A DNA stretch of 64,000 nt from Terriglobia bacterium. GTDB lineage: Bacteria > Acidobacteriota > Terriglobia > JAJPHL01 > JAPKYU01. The position numbers were made by a program, and so were the translations under genes. The DNA lies in contig CBDCVK010000010.1 of NCBI GenBank assembly GCA_965223005.1, positions 32,001 through 96,000 on the forward strand, given 5' to 3'. This document shows positions 9,876-19,452 of the stretch, piece by piece (the first letter of the stretch is position 1; the number at the start of each line of letters is the position of its first letter). Under the pieces are notes generated by a model. That model did no database searches. It saw only the letters and a list, made by a program, of their open reading frames with translations, and was not told the origin of the DNA.

Positions 9876-11291
9876 ATGAGCACCCCTGACTTGGCTATCG
9901 CGATTCTGGCCGCAGGGCTGGGAACGCGACTCAAATCCGGCATCGCCAAGGTCTTGCACCGTGCCGGCGGGCGAGCCTTGGCCGAGCATGCGGTGCGTGT
10001 GGCGCTGGAGTTGGTCCCGGCCGAGCGGGTCTTTGTGATCGTGGGCCACCAGGCCGAAACGGTACGCCAGTTGCTGGGGCCCTACGGCGTGCGCTTTATT
10101 CACCAGCGCGAGCAACTGGGGACGGGCCACGCGCTGCTGGTCGGGCAGAAACAGTTGGAAAGAACAGCCCGGCACCTGCTGGTGTTGTACGGCGACGTTC
10201 CGCTACTGACCGCAGACACACTACGGCGCCTGATCGAAGCGCACCTGGATGCAAGCGCGGCAGCGACGCTGCTCACAGTGGAGCTGGATGATCCTGCCCA
10301 GTACGGTCGCATCCTCCGCGACGCCACCGGCCGTCTGGCCGACATCGTCGAGCACAAATCCTCGACGCCGGAACAAGCTGCCATCCGGGAAGTTAACGCC
10401 GGCATCTATTGTTTTCTCTCCGGCCCGTTATTTGCTCACCTTGGCAAGGTCAGCAATCAGAACAAGGCAGGCGAGTATTACCTGACGGACCTGCCCGCCA
10501 TGTTGCGCCGTGCCGGCGAGCATGTGCTGGCGGTTCAGTTGGGTGAGCCTCACGAAGTGCTGGGGGTCAACACCCGGGTCGAATTGGCCGAGCTGGACGC
10601 GCTGCTGCGTGAACGCAAGGCCCGCGAGCTGATGCTCAGCGGCGTCACCATTTACCGCCCGGAAACCTGCGTGATTGATCCGGACGTCGAGGTGGCCCCT
10701 GATTCGGTGATCGGCCCTTGCGTGGCGCTGCACGGGCGTACCCGGCTGGGGGCCAACTGCGTTGTGCGCTCCTACTCAAGCCTGGCGGATACAGTGCTGG
10801 AGGAGGGTGCCATGGTACACGAGTGTTGCTGGCTGGAGCACTCTCACGTTGGCCGGCGAGCTTCCATTGGCCCATTTGCCCGCCTCCGTCCCGGCAGCCA
10901 GATCGGCGCCGAAGCCAAGGTCGGCAACTTCGTCGAGACCAAGAAAACGCGCTTGGGGCGCCGCAGTAAAGCGCAGCATCTGGCTTACCTGGGCGATGCC
11001 ACTATCGGCGAAAACGTCAACATCGGCGCGGGCACCATCACCTGTAACTACGACGGGGAGAAGAAGCATCCCACCCGGATTGAAGACGGCGTGTTCATCG
11101 GCACCAATACTTCGCTGGTAGCCCCGGTGCGTGTGGGCAAGAATGCCTACGTGGCCGCCGGCTCGGTGGTTACCGAAGACGTCCCGGATGACTCCCTGGC
11201 CATTGCGCGCGCGCCTCAGACCACGAAGTCGGGCTGGACTCGCAAGCGCCAGGCTCGCCGTCGAGCCAAAGCCACCGCCAAAAAATCCTGA
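9876..11291 (+). CDS. glmU: Bifunctional UDP-GlcNAc pyrophosphorylase/GlcN-1-P acetyltransferase
   Basis: ILAAGLGTR, QLGTGHA, GEYYLTD, GNFVETKK, GAGTITCNYDG and hexapeptide repeats. Confidence 0.97.
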   Translation: MSTPDLAIAILAAGLGTRLKSGIAKVLHRAGGRALAEHAVRVALELVPAERVFVIVGHQAETVRQLLGPYGVRFIHQREQLGTGHALLVGQKQLERTARHLLVLYGDVPLLTADTLRRLIEAHLDASAAATLLTVELDDPAQYGRILRDATGRLADIVEHKSSTPEQAAIREVNAGIYCFLSGPLFAHLGKVSNQNKAGEYYLTDLPAMLRRAGEHVLAVQLGEPHEVLGVNTRVELAELDALLRERKARELMLSGVTIYRPETCVIDPDVEVAPDSVIGPCVALHGRTRLGANCVVRSYSSLADTVLEEGAMVHECCWLEHSHVGRRASIGPFARLRPGSQIGAEAKVGNFVETKKTRLGRRSKAQHLAYLGDATIGENVNIGAGTITCNYDGEKKHPTRIEDGVFIGTNTSLVAPVRVGKNAYVAAGSVVTEDVPDDSLAIARAPQTTKSGWTRKRQARRRAKATAKKS

Positions 11292-11415
11292 AATCGCAGA
11301 GGCCGCGTCTCAAGAGCCACGTCGAGTGGGGGTACGTCAAAGGCGCTCATCCGCAGTCAGTCCAACAGGCAGCATGCCCTGGGTCCGACACACCTGGGGA
11401 TTTGGTGGATTTTAA

Positions 11416-12849
11416 TCAGGCATCAGACTGTTCGACGTATCCTGCGTTGGAGGATTCGCGCATCCGCCGCTCCAGCCATTGCCGCGATATCTTGGCGTCG
11501 ATTTTGTTACTAAGGCCGTGACACATCTCCATGAAACAAACCACTGCACGGGACTCAGTTAGCTCGTGGGCCGAAAACCCACCAAGAGCCTCCAGTCTCA
11601 GGGAAGTCACTTCGTTGAGCAGGTTTTGTAGACTTTCCACATTACCGGCCGCCGGACGGGCAGCGAGAGACATTTGACGTCGCTCAATTTCGATAAGCGA
11701 CTGCACGTAGCCGGTTAGCTTCTCCTCCTTTTTCTTTACCTTCTTTTGCCTCAGCCATCGGACACCAAGGAAGGCCGCAACGAGAAAAGAGGCAATAAAC
11801 GAGCGTATCCCTTCTGTTGCCTCAACAAAGTCAGGGTCCAGCAGCGGACGCGGCGCAGGATTGTAGACCCTCAGAGCGCCTTTGTGTATTGCAAAGCCAG
11901 GTCTTTCCTGGGCAAACGGACGGCCTTTGGCAATCAACTCTGTCAATCGATTCTTCTTCAGAAAGTTCTCGCTGAGGACAATCTTGGTCACCTCCTCCAC
12001 GAGCCCAGCATGAAGGTCGCCACGTGTCAGTAGTTGTGCGCCCAAAGCGACGGTAGCAATGTCAGTGGCTGGCGCTGCGGGAGACCGGTACCGGTAAAGT
12101 CCTGCCGGGATCTTGTATTGCGACATGAAGACGTATTTTGCTGCTAGAGCTTCCGCGTAGGGAATGCTGAGCATAAAACACAGTCCTGTCTCGAATAGTT
12201 CCGGGAAAATCGGCGCTTGCACTCCCGCTGTAACGAAGGCCGCATCGAGTGTACCATCTAGGAATCCTTCTTTGACTTTCGGAAGTTCTAGGTATTTTGC
12301 GTCAATCGACTTTTCGTCCAAGCCGAAATGCTGTAAGAGAACTAGACCCATGGCGTAGCTCCCTGACTTCTTCAACCCGAGATGTACGGTCTTACCTTCT
12401 AAGTCAGCAGGGCTCTCGATGCCGCTGTCGCGGAGAACGATGAAATGTACCGGCTGCAAGTACAGGTTGGCGACAAAGGCGACGCTTTTAGCTTCATCCT
12501 CTAGTGTTTGAGGCAACAAACCGACCTTTGTTGCAAAATCTGGATCGTGCTCGCTCACAATTTCCAGCGTTCCCGTCTGGTACAGGCCAAAATCGGCCTT
12601 TCCTGTTCGAAGAAGGAACAAGTTTTCGAGTGAGCCGTCTGTCGCAACGGTATGGACCTCTGCCTTGAGCTTTTTCTCAATCTTTCCGGCCAGATCCTCG
12701 CTTAGCGGACGAAAGAGACCGGCTGGTGCCCCAGTAGCCATGGTAATTTCAGTTGGTACAGCTGTTATTTTCTGGTAGACCCAACCAGTCAACAACGGAA
12801 GAAGAATTAGGACTATAACTACCGCTATCTTGGCCCGTTTTTTCCTCAT
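11416..12849 (-). CDS. TAXI-family solute-binding protein with extra C-terminal TM segment and tail
   Basis: ATGAPAG, TDGSLENL..L, DLEGKTVHLG..KSGS, LDAAFV and IHKGALRVY motifs; visibly more AT-rich than its flanks. Confidence 0.8.
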   Translation of the reverse strand: MRKKRAKIAVVIVLILLPLLTGWVYQKITAVPTEITMATGAPAGLFRPLSEDLAGKIEKKLKAEVHTVATDGSLENLFLLRTGKADFGLYQTGTLEIVSEHDPDFATKVGLLPQTLEDEAKSVAFVANLYLQPVHFIVLRDSGIESPADLEGKTVHLGLKKSGSYAMGLVLLQHFGLDEKSIDAKYLELPKVKEGFLDGTLDAAFVTAGVQAPIFPELFETGLCFMLSIPYAEALAAKYVFMSQYKIPAGLYRYRSPAAPATDIATVALGAQLLTRGDLHAGLVEEVTKIVLSENFLKKNRLTELIAKGRPFAQERPGFAIHKGALRVYNPAPRPLLDPDFVEATEGIRSFIASFLVAAFLGVRWLRQKKVKKKEEKLTGYVQSLIEIERRQMSLAARPAAGNVESLQNLLNEVTSLRLEALGGFSAHELTESRAVVCFMEMCHGLSNKIDAKISRQWLERRMRESSNAGYVEQSDA

Positions 12850-12950
12850 AGCGTATTTCCAGCCCTTCTTTAGAATTTCCGATATCAACACTTACCGTTA
12901 CGCGAAATCATACTACGAGTACAATGTGAAAGGCAGGGAGGACGGTCGCT

Positions 12951-12989
12951 AAGCCCGGTGGGGAAACCCGGTCGGTAAACCCGGTTGGA
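12951..12989. repeat. 13-bp imperfect tandem repeat x3
   Basis: aagcccggtgggg/aaacccggtcggt/aaacccggttgga just upstream of the macrodomain gene. Confidence 0.75.
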
Positions 12990-13000
12990 AAGCAAGGAAA

Positions 13001-13501
13001 ATGACAGTTGAATTCGTGAAGGGCGACATCACCGAAGCGGACGGGGACGCGGTAGTGAACGCGGCCAATACGCGACTGCAACTGGGAGCGGGGGTGGCCG
13101 GGGCCATCCGCCGGAAGGGTGGCCCGACGATCCAGCAGGAGTGTGACCAAGTTGGCCCCGTCGAGCTCGGCGAGGCAGCCATTACAGGCGGCGGACACCT
13201 CAAGGCCCGCTACGTGATTCACGCCGCCGGGATGCACCTCGGGGGCGGCGTCACCGCCGACTCCTGCCGGGCAGCCACCGTGAACTCGCTGCGCCGCGCC
13301 GAGGAGAAACAGTTGCGCAGCATCGCTTTCCCGGCCATCGGCACCGGCGTCGGCGGCCTGGACATGGGGAGCTGCGCCGAGATCATGCTGCGCGCAGTGC
13401 GCGAGCACACGCCCGGCTCGCTCCAGCGCGTGCTGTTTGTTCTGTTCGACGACGCGGCACTAGCCGCTTTCCAGAAAACGTGGAAGCAACTGAGCGATTA
13501 G
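13001..13501 (+). CDS. Macrodomain protein (YmdB-like ADP-ribose hydrolase)
   Basis: GDIT, AVVNAAN, GAGVAGAI, VIHA, IAFPAIGTGVGG. Confidence 0.92.
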   Translation: MTVEFVKGDITEADGDAVVNAANTRLQLGAGVAGAIRRKGGPTIQQECDQVGPVELGEAAITGGGHLKARYVIHAAGMHLGGGVTADSCRAATVNSLRRAEEKQLRSIAFPAIGTGVGGLDMGSCAEIMLRAVREHTPGSLQRVLFVLFDDAALAAFQKTWKQLSD

Positions 13502-13767
13502 CCCGAGTCCAGACCGAGCTGGCCAAGTACGAGCACCCCTTGTTCGAGTTGGGCGCCCGGCTCAAGGGAGAGGCCGTCGAGCTTTCCATTGACTTCAAGC
13601 ACCGCTCACTCGGCGTCCACACCTACCAGTTTGAGTTCCACCCGCGCGACATCGAACACCCGCAATTCACCTGGACCTTCCAGCGCCAGCTCTACGACTG
13701 CCTGCACGATTACATCATCGAAATGTTCACCCGGAACCCGCAGTACCAAGGGGAAGGCGGCCAGTAA
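13480..13767 (+). CDS. Hypothetical protein (95 aa)
   Basis: Host-like codon usage; overlaps the macrodomain stop; no known motif. Confidence 0.7.
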   Translation: MEATERLARVQTELAKYEHPLFELGARLKGEAVELSIDFKHRSLGVHTYQFEFHPRDIEHPQFTWTFQRQLYDCLHDYIIEMFTRNPQYQGEGGQ

Positions 13768-13863
13768 GTTCTCCCTGCAGGCTGCCGGGTAGCCCGGTAA
13801 TCCCCGTCCTGCCGGGACTGTGGTACACTCCGGCCAACTAGTTCGCTATCGGAGAGGTTGGCA

Positions 13864-13959
13864 ATGAGCTTTCTCCGCATGATTTTGTTCGCAGCGTATC
13901 TGGTTGGGGTGGCGGCGATGGTGTTCGGGGTGCTATCTGCTTTGAGCTCATCGGCCTGA
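13864..13959 (+). CDS. Candidate 31-aa single-TM small protein
   Basis: MSFLRMILFAAYLVGVAAMVFGVLSALSSSA; GGAGAGG SD and TGgTACACT extended -10 at 13821-13829. Confidence 0.45.
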   Translation: MSFLRMILFAAYLVGVAAMVFGVLSALSSSA

Positions 13960-14100
13960 TGGGCCTCCAGGCCAGGGGGGCGCTGCTTGTAGCCGCCGCC
14001 GGAACTTGCTGACTGCGGTGCCCAAGGGCAGCCTAGCGACACTCCACCTGTTGGCGGACTCTTTCCACCACCATGTCTTCGTGTTTTCATTGAGCTACAC

Positions 14101-15117
14101 GTGAGCTTGCAAGCTGAGGTTGTGGCCGAGGTCCGCGCCGACGGTCCCATCACCTTTGCGCGCTACATGGAGTTGTGCCTCTATCATCCCCGCTATGGCT
14201 ACTACCGCGGCTCCTGCAACTCCGGGCACGAGAAGTTCGGCGCAGCGGGCGATTTTTATACCAGCGCGCAGGTACATCCTGGCTTTGCGCGCTTGCTGGT
14301 GCGGCGTTGGGTGGCGATGTGGGAATCCTTGGGGCGCGGCGAGTTCACCCTTCTCGAGCCGGGCGCCGGCCGGGGTGAGGTCGCGCGTGAGGCGCAGGCC
14401 TGGGCTGCCCGTGCCTACCCCGAGTTTTCCCGCGCCCTGCGGTATCTGCCCCTGGAGTACGGCGATCCCCTCCCCCCGCCTTTCTCGGGCGCCATCTTTT
14501 CTAACGAGTTCTTCGACTCCCAGCCCACGCACGCGCTCCGCTTCTGCGCAGGTCGCTTGCGGGAGCTGTACGTGGCCGAGCGCGACGGCTGTCTTTGTTG
14601 GCAGGAAGGGGAGCTTTCTTCGCCGGAGTTCGAGTCCCGGCTGACCCGGTTGGGAATCGAGCCCGCGGAAGGGCAGGTGCTGGAGCTAAGCCTGGCAGCC
14701 GCCGACTGGATGCAGCGCTTCAGTACGCTGCTCGAACGCGGGTACGTTTTGAGCTTCGACTACGGCTATCGCGCCCGCGAGATCAGCCGCGGGATGCGTT
14801 TCCCCAATGGCTCGCTGATGACCTACCGCAAGCACATCGCCACCGAAGAAGTGTTTCGCCAGCCCGGCGAGCGCGACATCACCGCTCACGTGAACTTCGA
14901 CCTGTTGCGGGGGGCGGGCCACGATGCCGGTTTGCATGAGACACGCTTCTGCACCCAGGGGAGCTATCTGATGGAGTTGGGCGAGGCAGGCCAGTTCGCA
15001 GAAGTTTTCGCCGACTGCGCCACCGACGCCGACCGCCTGAAGCCGACTCTGTTGCTGAAGAACCTTCTGTTCGGCCTGGGCGAGACTATCCAGGTCTTAG
15101 AGCAGGCTAGGTTCTAG
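14101..15117 (+). CDS. SAM-dependent methyltransferase, MidA/NDUFAF7 family
   Basis: GPITFARYMELCLYHP.YGYY, GDFYTS, EPGAGRG, SNEFFD, DYG, DITAHVNF. Confidence 0.9.
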   Translation: MSLQAEVVAEVRADGPITFARYMELCLYHPRYGYYRGSCNSGHEKFGAAGDFYTSAQVHPGFARLLVRRWVAMWESLGRGEFTLLEPGAGRGEVAREAQAWAARAYPEFSRALRYLPLEYGDPLPPPFSGAIFSNEFFDSQPTHALRFCAGRLRELYVAERDGCLCWQEGELSSPEFESRLTRLGIEPAEGQVLELSLAAADWMQRFSTLLERGYVLSFDYGYRAREISRGMRFPNGSLMTYRKHIATEEVFRQPGERDITAHVNFDLLRGAGHDAGLHETRFCTQGSYLMELGEAGQFAEVFADCATDADRLKPTLLLKNLLFGLGETIQVLEQARF

Positions 15118-15141
15118 AGCAGGCCAGGTTTTGGAGCAGGG
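15091..15141. repeat. 17-bp imperfect tandem repeat x3 across the methyltransferase stop
   Basis: caggtcttagagcaggc/taggttctagagcaggc/caggttttggagcaggg. Confidence 0.75.
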
Positions 15142-15229
15142 GCGGACCGCTTGCTGCCGCGGGCGGCTCGGATTGAGGAAGCCTCACCCACGGGCGTGAG
15201 GGGGTGGTCGTTCCAGTCGGGTGGTCGAG

Positions 15230-16258
15230 TTATAAGATGCGGGCCAGCTGTTCCATCTCCGGCTCGCCGGGTTCCAGCGGCAGTTGAATGGGACGGCGCT
15301 CGATGGCAGAGCGGCAAATCGCCATGAGGATCTCCAACCCCTTATAGGCGCTCTCGCCGTTGCACGGATGCACCTGCTTGGGATCGTCCAGCCACAGGGC
15401 AATGTCGCGGATGTAGCGGGGTTGATCATTCGGGGCACTCCAGCCACCCGGGCCGGAAATGGGCCCGCCCGAATCGCGGGTGACCGCCCGCCATCCCCCG
15501 CCGATTAAGGCTTCCGCAAAGCCCTCCGTGCCCTGAGCGCCAATTCGCACCTTGTGCCAGAAGTATTCCACCTCCGGGACATCCTGGGCCAGGCTGCCGA
15601 TCTCCACAATGCCGCGCACCCCGTTGTTGAACTGAATCAGACCAGTCGCGAAATCGGGAGAGGGGTGCGAGTCGGTCAGCTTCTCCCGTCCGTGCACCTG
15701 GCCCAGCACCCAGACGGCGTCGGCCTCGTTGTTGAAGTAGCGGACATAGTCCACGACGTGGGTGCCCATCTGGAGCAGCCAGCCCAGGGTTGTTCCGTAC
15801 ACGGTGTGGATGCGGCCGAGCGCCCCGCTGGAGATTATTTCCTTGGCTTTCTGGAAGTGGGGACCGTACTTGAGCTGGTGGCTCAGCACGGTCTTCACAC
15901 CGGCCTTGCGACACAGCTCAGCCATCTCGACGGCCTCCCGGAAGGAGGTGGCCATCGGCTTCTCGTAGGCGATCAACTTGCAGCCTGCTTCCACTCCCGC
16001 ACGCATCATGGGCAGACGCACCGACGGCGGCGTGCAGAAGCAGAAAACATCCGGCTTCGTTTCCCGGAGCATCTGCGCCAGATCCGAGTAAAACTTCGGG
16101 TTGTCGGCAAGCTGGAGGGCCGCCTGCGCTCGCTCGCGATCGCGGCCGCAGATGCCTACCACCTGGAACCGGTCATCCTTGTGAAAGTAGTCGGCGTGGA
16201 CCTTGCCACGCTTGCCAGTGCCGAGGATCGCTACAGAATAGGTTTTCTTGGAGGCCAT
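15230..16258 (-). CDS. Gfo/Idh/MocA family oxidoreductase
   Basis: ILGTGKRG Rossmann start, EKPMA, GTHVVD. Confidence 0.88.
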   Translation of the reverse strand: MASKKTYSVAILGTGKRGKVHADYFHKDDRFQVVGICGRDRERAQAALQLADNPKFYSDLAQMLRETKPDVFCFCTPPSVRLPMMRAGVEAGCKLIAYEKPMATSFREAVEMAELCRKAGVKTVLSHQLKYGPHFQKAKEIISSGALGRIHTVYGTTLGWLLQMGTHVVDYVRYFNNEADAVWVLGQVHGREKLTDSHPSPDFATGLIQFNNGVRGIVEIGSLAQDVPEVEYFWHKVRIGAQGTEGFAEALIGGGWRAVTRDSGGPISGPGGWSAPNDQPRYIRDIALWLDDPKQVHPCNGESAYKGLEILMAICRSAIERRPIQLPLEPGEPEMEQLARIL

Positions 16259-16268
16259 GAATGGGTCT

Positions 16269-17405
16269 TCAGTCGGCGCTCTGGGCCGCCGCCTTGGTGC
16301 TCGCCCAGCTCAGAACTGCCTCCGCCGTATATTGCGCCTCTCCTTCGGTGAGTTCCGGATACATGGGCAGCGAAAGCACCTGCGCCGCGGAGCGCTCCGT
16401 TTCCGGCATGGCATGGACCCGCGCTTCCCGGTCAAAGGGGAAGCCCTCCTGCTGGTGAATGGCGATGGGGTAGTGGGTCTGGGCAGTGATGCCGCGCGAG
16501 GCCAGGTAGCTCTGCAGCCCATCGCGGTCTTCACACTCGATGACGTACAGATGGTAGACGTGCCGGTAACCCTCGGGGACATGGGGCAACGTCATTGGGG
16601 CCCCGGCCAGCAACTTGTCGTACTGGCGGGCACGAGCCTGCCGCAGCCCGGTCCATTCGTCCAGGTGTTTCAGCTTGACGCGCAGCACCGCGGCATGCAG
16701 GTCATCCAGCCGGCTGTTGTACCCGAGGCTGTGATGGGAGCGCTTGAGCGAGCCGTGATTGCGCAGCTTGCGCACCTGCGTGGCTAGTTGCTCGTTGTTG
16801 GTGACTAAGGCGCCGCCGTCGCCGAAGCAGCCCATGTTTTTCTGGATGATGAAGCTGAGGCAAACGGCGTTGCTGAACTCCCCGATGGCGAAGTTATCGC
16901 CGCGGGCTCCGATGGACTGCGCGTTATCCTCCACCACCAGCAGGTTGCGGGCTCGCGCGATCTTGGCGATGGCCGGCATGTTGGCCGGCAGCCCGTACAA
17001 GTGCACGGGCACGATGGCGCGGGTGCGGGGTGTGATGGCCGCTTCGATCTGGGTGACGTCAATATTGCGCGTCTGTGGATCCATGTCCACAAAGACCGGG
17101 GTCGCCCCGGCCAGCCAGATGGCCTCGGCAGTGGCGAAGAAGGTGTTGGAAACTGTGATGATCTCGTCGCCCGGCTTGAGCCCCATCGCCAGAAACACCA
17201 GCCACAACGCGTCGGTGCCGGAGTTGACCCCGACGGCGTGTTTCTTGTTGTGGTACTGGGCCAGCTCTTCTTCAAACTTCTTGAGCTGCGGTCCCATCAC
17301 GTAGCTGCCGCTCTCCAGCACGTCGTGGATGGCTTGGTCGATTTCGGTGCGCAGGTTGTGGTATTGACGAACGTGTCCGTAGAAACCCACTTTCATTTCC
17401 GCCAT
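16269..17405 (-). CDS. DegT/DnrJ/EryC1/StrS PLP-dependent aminotransferase
   Basis: NSGTDAL, PVHLYG, EDNAQS, SFIIQKNMGCFGDGG, GYNSRLD, HVYHLY. Confidence 0.92.
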   Translation of the reverse strand: MAEMKVGFYGHVRQYHNLRTEIDQAIHDVLESGSYVMGPQLKKFEEELAQYHNKKHAVGVNSGTDALWLVFLAMGLKPGDEIITVSNTFFATAEAIWLAGATPVFVDMDPQTRNIDVTQIEAAITPRTRAIVPVHLYGLPANMPAIAKIARARNLLVVEDNAQSIGARGDNFAIGEFSNAVCLSFIIQKNMGCFGDGGALVTNNEQLATQVRKLRNHGSLKRSHHSLGYNSRLDDLHAAVLRVKLKHLDEWTGLRQARARQYDKLLAGAPMTLPHVPEGYRHVYHLYVIECEDRDGLQSYLASRGITAQTHYPIAIHQQEGFPFDREARVHAMPETERSAAQVLSLPMYPELTEGEAQYTAEAVLSWASTKAAAQSAD

Positions 17406-17529
17406 GGTATGCCGCCTGTTGCGTGAGATTGTCTGCTTTCCCTGCCAACTGTAGCAAGCAAAGCGGGTTTTCCGTCATGCGAGTTTCTTTGCTTCTGGAT
17501 AGGTAGCGGTTATAGCTCTTGCCCGCATG

Positions 17530-18546
17530 CTACTGCGCTGTGGCGCGGGCGGCCCCGGCCTGCAACGCAGTAATGGCCGCGACATTAACCACGTCGTCGG
17601 CCGAGCAGCCACGGGAGAGGTCGTTGGCCGGCTTGGCCAGCCCTTGTAAGACCGGTCCAATGGCCGCCGCCCCGGCCAGCCGCTCGACCAGCTTGTAGCC
17701 GATGTTGCCCGCATCGAGGTCCGGGAAAACCAGCGTGTTGGCGTAGCCGGCCACCGGGCTGCCCGGCGCTTTGCTGGCGCCGACCTTGGGAACCAGTGCC
17801 GCGTCGGACTGCAGCTCCCCGTCGGCCAGCAGTTGGGGCGCCCGCGCCCGCAACGTCTTCAGCGCTTCCTGGACCTTTTCGGCGCGCGGGTGCTCGGCGC
17901 TCCCCTTGGTGGAAAACGACAGCAGAGCCACCTTGGGTTCGGTCTCCAGGAAGATGCGGCAACTGTCGGCCGAAGCCAAGGCGATTTCGGCCAGTTGCTT
18001 CGGTGTGGGGTCGGGAATGACGGCGCAGTCGGCGAAGATGAGTGCACCAGACACGCCGAACTCGGGCTGCGGCAACACCATCAGGAAGAAGCTGGACACC
18101 AACGACAGGCCGGGCCGCGGCCCCAAGCAATGTAGTGCCGAGCGCACGGTTTCGGCGGTGGTGTTGGTAGCGCCAGCCACGCTGCCGTCGGCGTCGCCGC
18201 TGCCCACCATCAAGTCGGCGAAATACAGTGGTTGCGTCGCCACTTGGCGCGCTTCCTCCTGCGTGACACCCTTGGCCCGCCGTCGCTCGTAATACAGCGC
18301 CGCGTAGCGCTCCAACCTCGGGTCCTGTTGAGGATCAACCAGGGCCACTGCCGAGAGGTCTACTCCCAAGGCGGCGGCACGCGCTCGCATGGATTCGGTT
18401 TCCCCCAGGACGGTCACCTGCGCGATGCGCTGGCGCGCCAGGCTCTCGGCGGCGCGCAGGATGCGGTCATCGCCGCCCTCAGGCAGCACAATCCGCTGGA
18501 AATGGGTCCGAGCCCGATCCCGAATGCTTTGCAAAAGATCAGCCAT
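17530..18546 (-). CDS. pta: Phosphate acetyltransferase
   Basis: [52 protein letters not shown]. Confidence 0.96.
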   Translation of the reverse strand: MADLLQSIRDRARTHFQRIVLPEGGDDRILRAAESLARQRIAQVTVLGETESMRARAAALGVDLSAVALVDPQQDPRLERYAALYYERRRAKGVTQEEARQVATQPLYFADLMVGSGDADGSVAGATNTTAETVRSALHCLGPRPGLSLVSSFFLMVLPQPEFGVSGALIFADCAVIPDPTPKQLAEIALASADSCRIFLETEPKVALLSFSTKGSAEHPRAEKVQEALKTLRARAPQLLADGELQSDAALVPKVGASKAPGSPVAGYANTLVFPDLDAGNIGYKLVERLAGAAAIGPVLQGLAKPANDLSRGCSADDVVNVAAITALQAGAARATAQ

Positions 18547-18714
18547 GACAATTCCCCTCCGACCGGCGCATTCTAGTGCATTGGGGGCCATACGGGAAAC
18601 GCACAATTGGGGGCTGCCACCCTGGCAGGTCGAGAATTTCAGGCGGGCGGGGCTCCAGCATCCGTCCGAAGGTGGTGACAGGATCGGCAGCCTAGCTGTT
18701 CACAGCTTTGGGCC

Positions 18715-19359
18715 TCAAGCTTTGAGACCCAGGCCCGCCACGCAGTCGCGCACTCGCTCCCACATCGGCTCCAGCACGTCCAGCAACTGGTGATCCGAAT
18801 CGTAGAGAATGAGTTCCACGTTGGGATGGCCTTCGGCAAAACGCACTGAGAGCCGGTGGTCCACGGCCTGGTCGCGTCGCCCGTGCAGAACCAGCGCCGG
18901 CTGGCGAACCTCGGGAAACTCCTCGTATTGCAGGCCGTCGCCGAGAAGGCCATAGCCGATGCGCCGCTCCTGTTTTTCGCCGTAGTGGTAAACGGAGCGC
19001 CAGCCGCACTCGCGCCACTCCTGCATGGTTTGCTCGCCCAGCGACTCGGCCCAACGCCGTGCAAACCCGAAGGCCGGGGCCAGCAGCACCACGCCCAGCA
19101 CGCGCTGCCGATGGCCGGCGGCAAACAGCGCTGCCAGGTAGCCTCCGAGGCTCGAGCCAAGCAGAATGGCGGGCCCGTTGCCTACCAGCGTGTCGAGGCA
19201 ACGCAGTTGCTGCGTCAGGGTCGTGTGCTGGAAATCACCCTGGGTCAAATCGGGCAACTCCACAGGGCGGCCCATTTCCGCAAAGCGCTGCCGGAAAAAT
19301 TGTCCCTTGCTGGATTGCGGGCCGGAAGCGAATCCGTGCAGGTAGATCAGGCGGTGCAT
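18715..19359 (-). CDS. YqiA/YcfP-type alpha/beta hydrolase
   Basis: YLHGFASGPQSSK, GSSLGG nucleophile motif, HG..D..V, DHQL. Confidence 0.88.
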   Translation of the reverse strand: MHRLIYLHGFASGPQSSKGQFFRQRFAEMGRPVELPDLTQGDFQHTTLTQQLRCLDTLVGNGPAILLGSSLGGYLAALFAAGHRQRVLGVVLLAPAFGFARRWAESLGEQTMQEWRECGWRSVYHYGEKQERRIGYGLLGDGLQYEEFPEVRQPALVLHGRRDQAVDHRLSVRFAEGHPNVELILYDSDHQLLDVLEPMWERVRDCVAGLGLKA

Positions 19360-19452
19360 GCTGTTATCGGGGGCTTCCCCCGCACTTCTGGACACTTCTA
19401 CGCGGTGGCCATGGTTGAATCGGAGTTCTGGGCCCTACCCGCAGCAAGGAAT

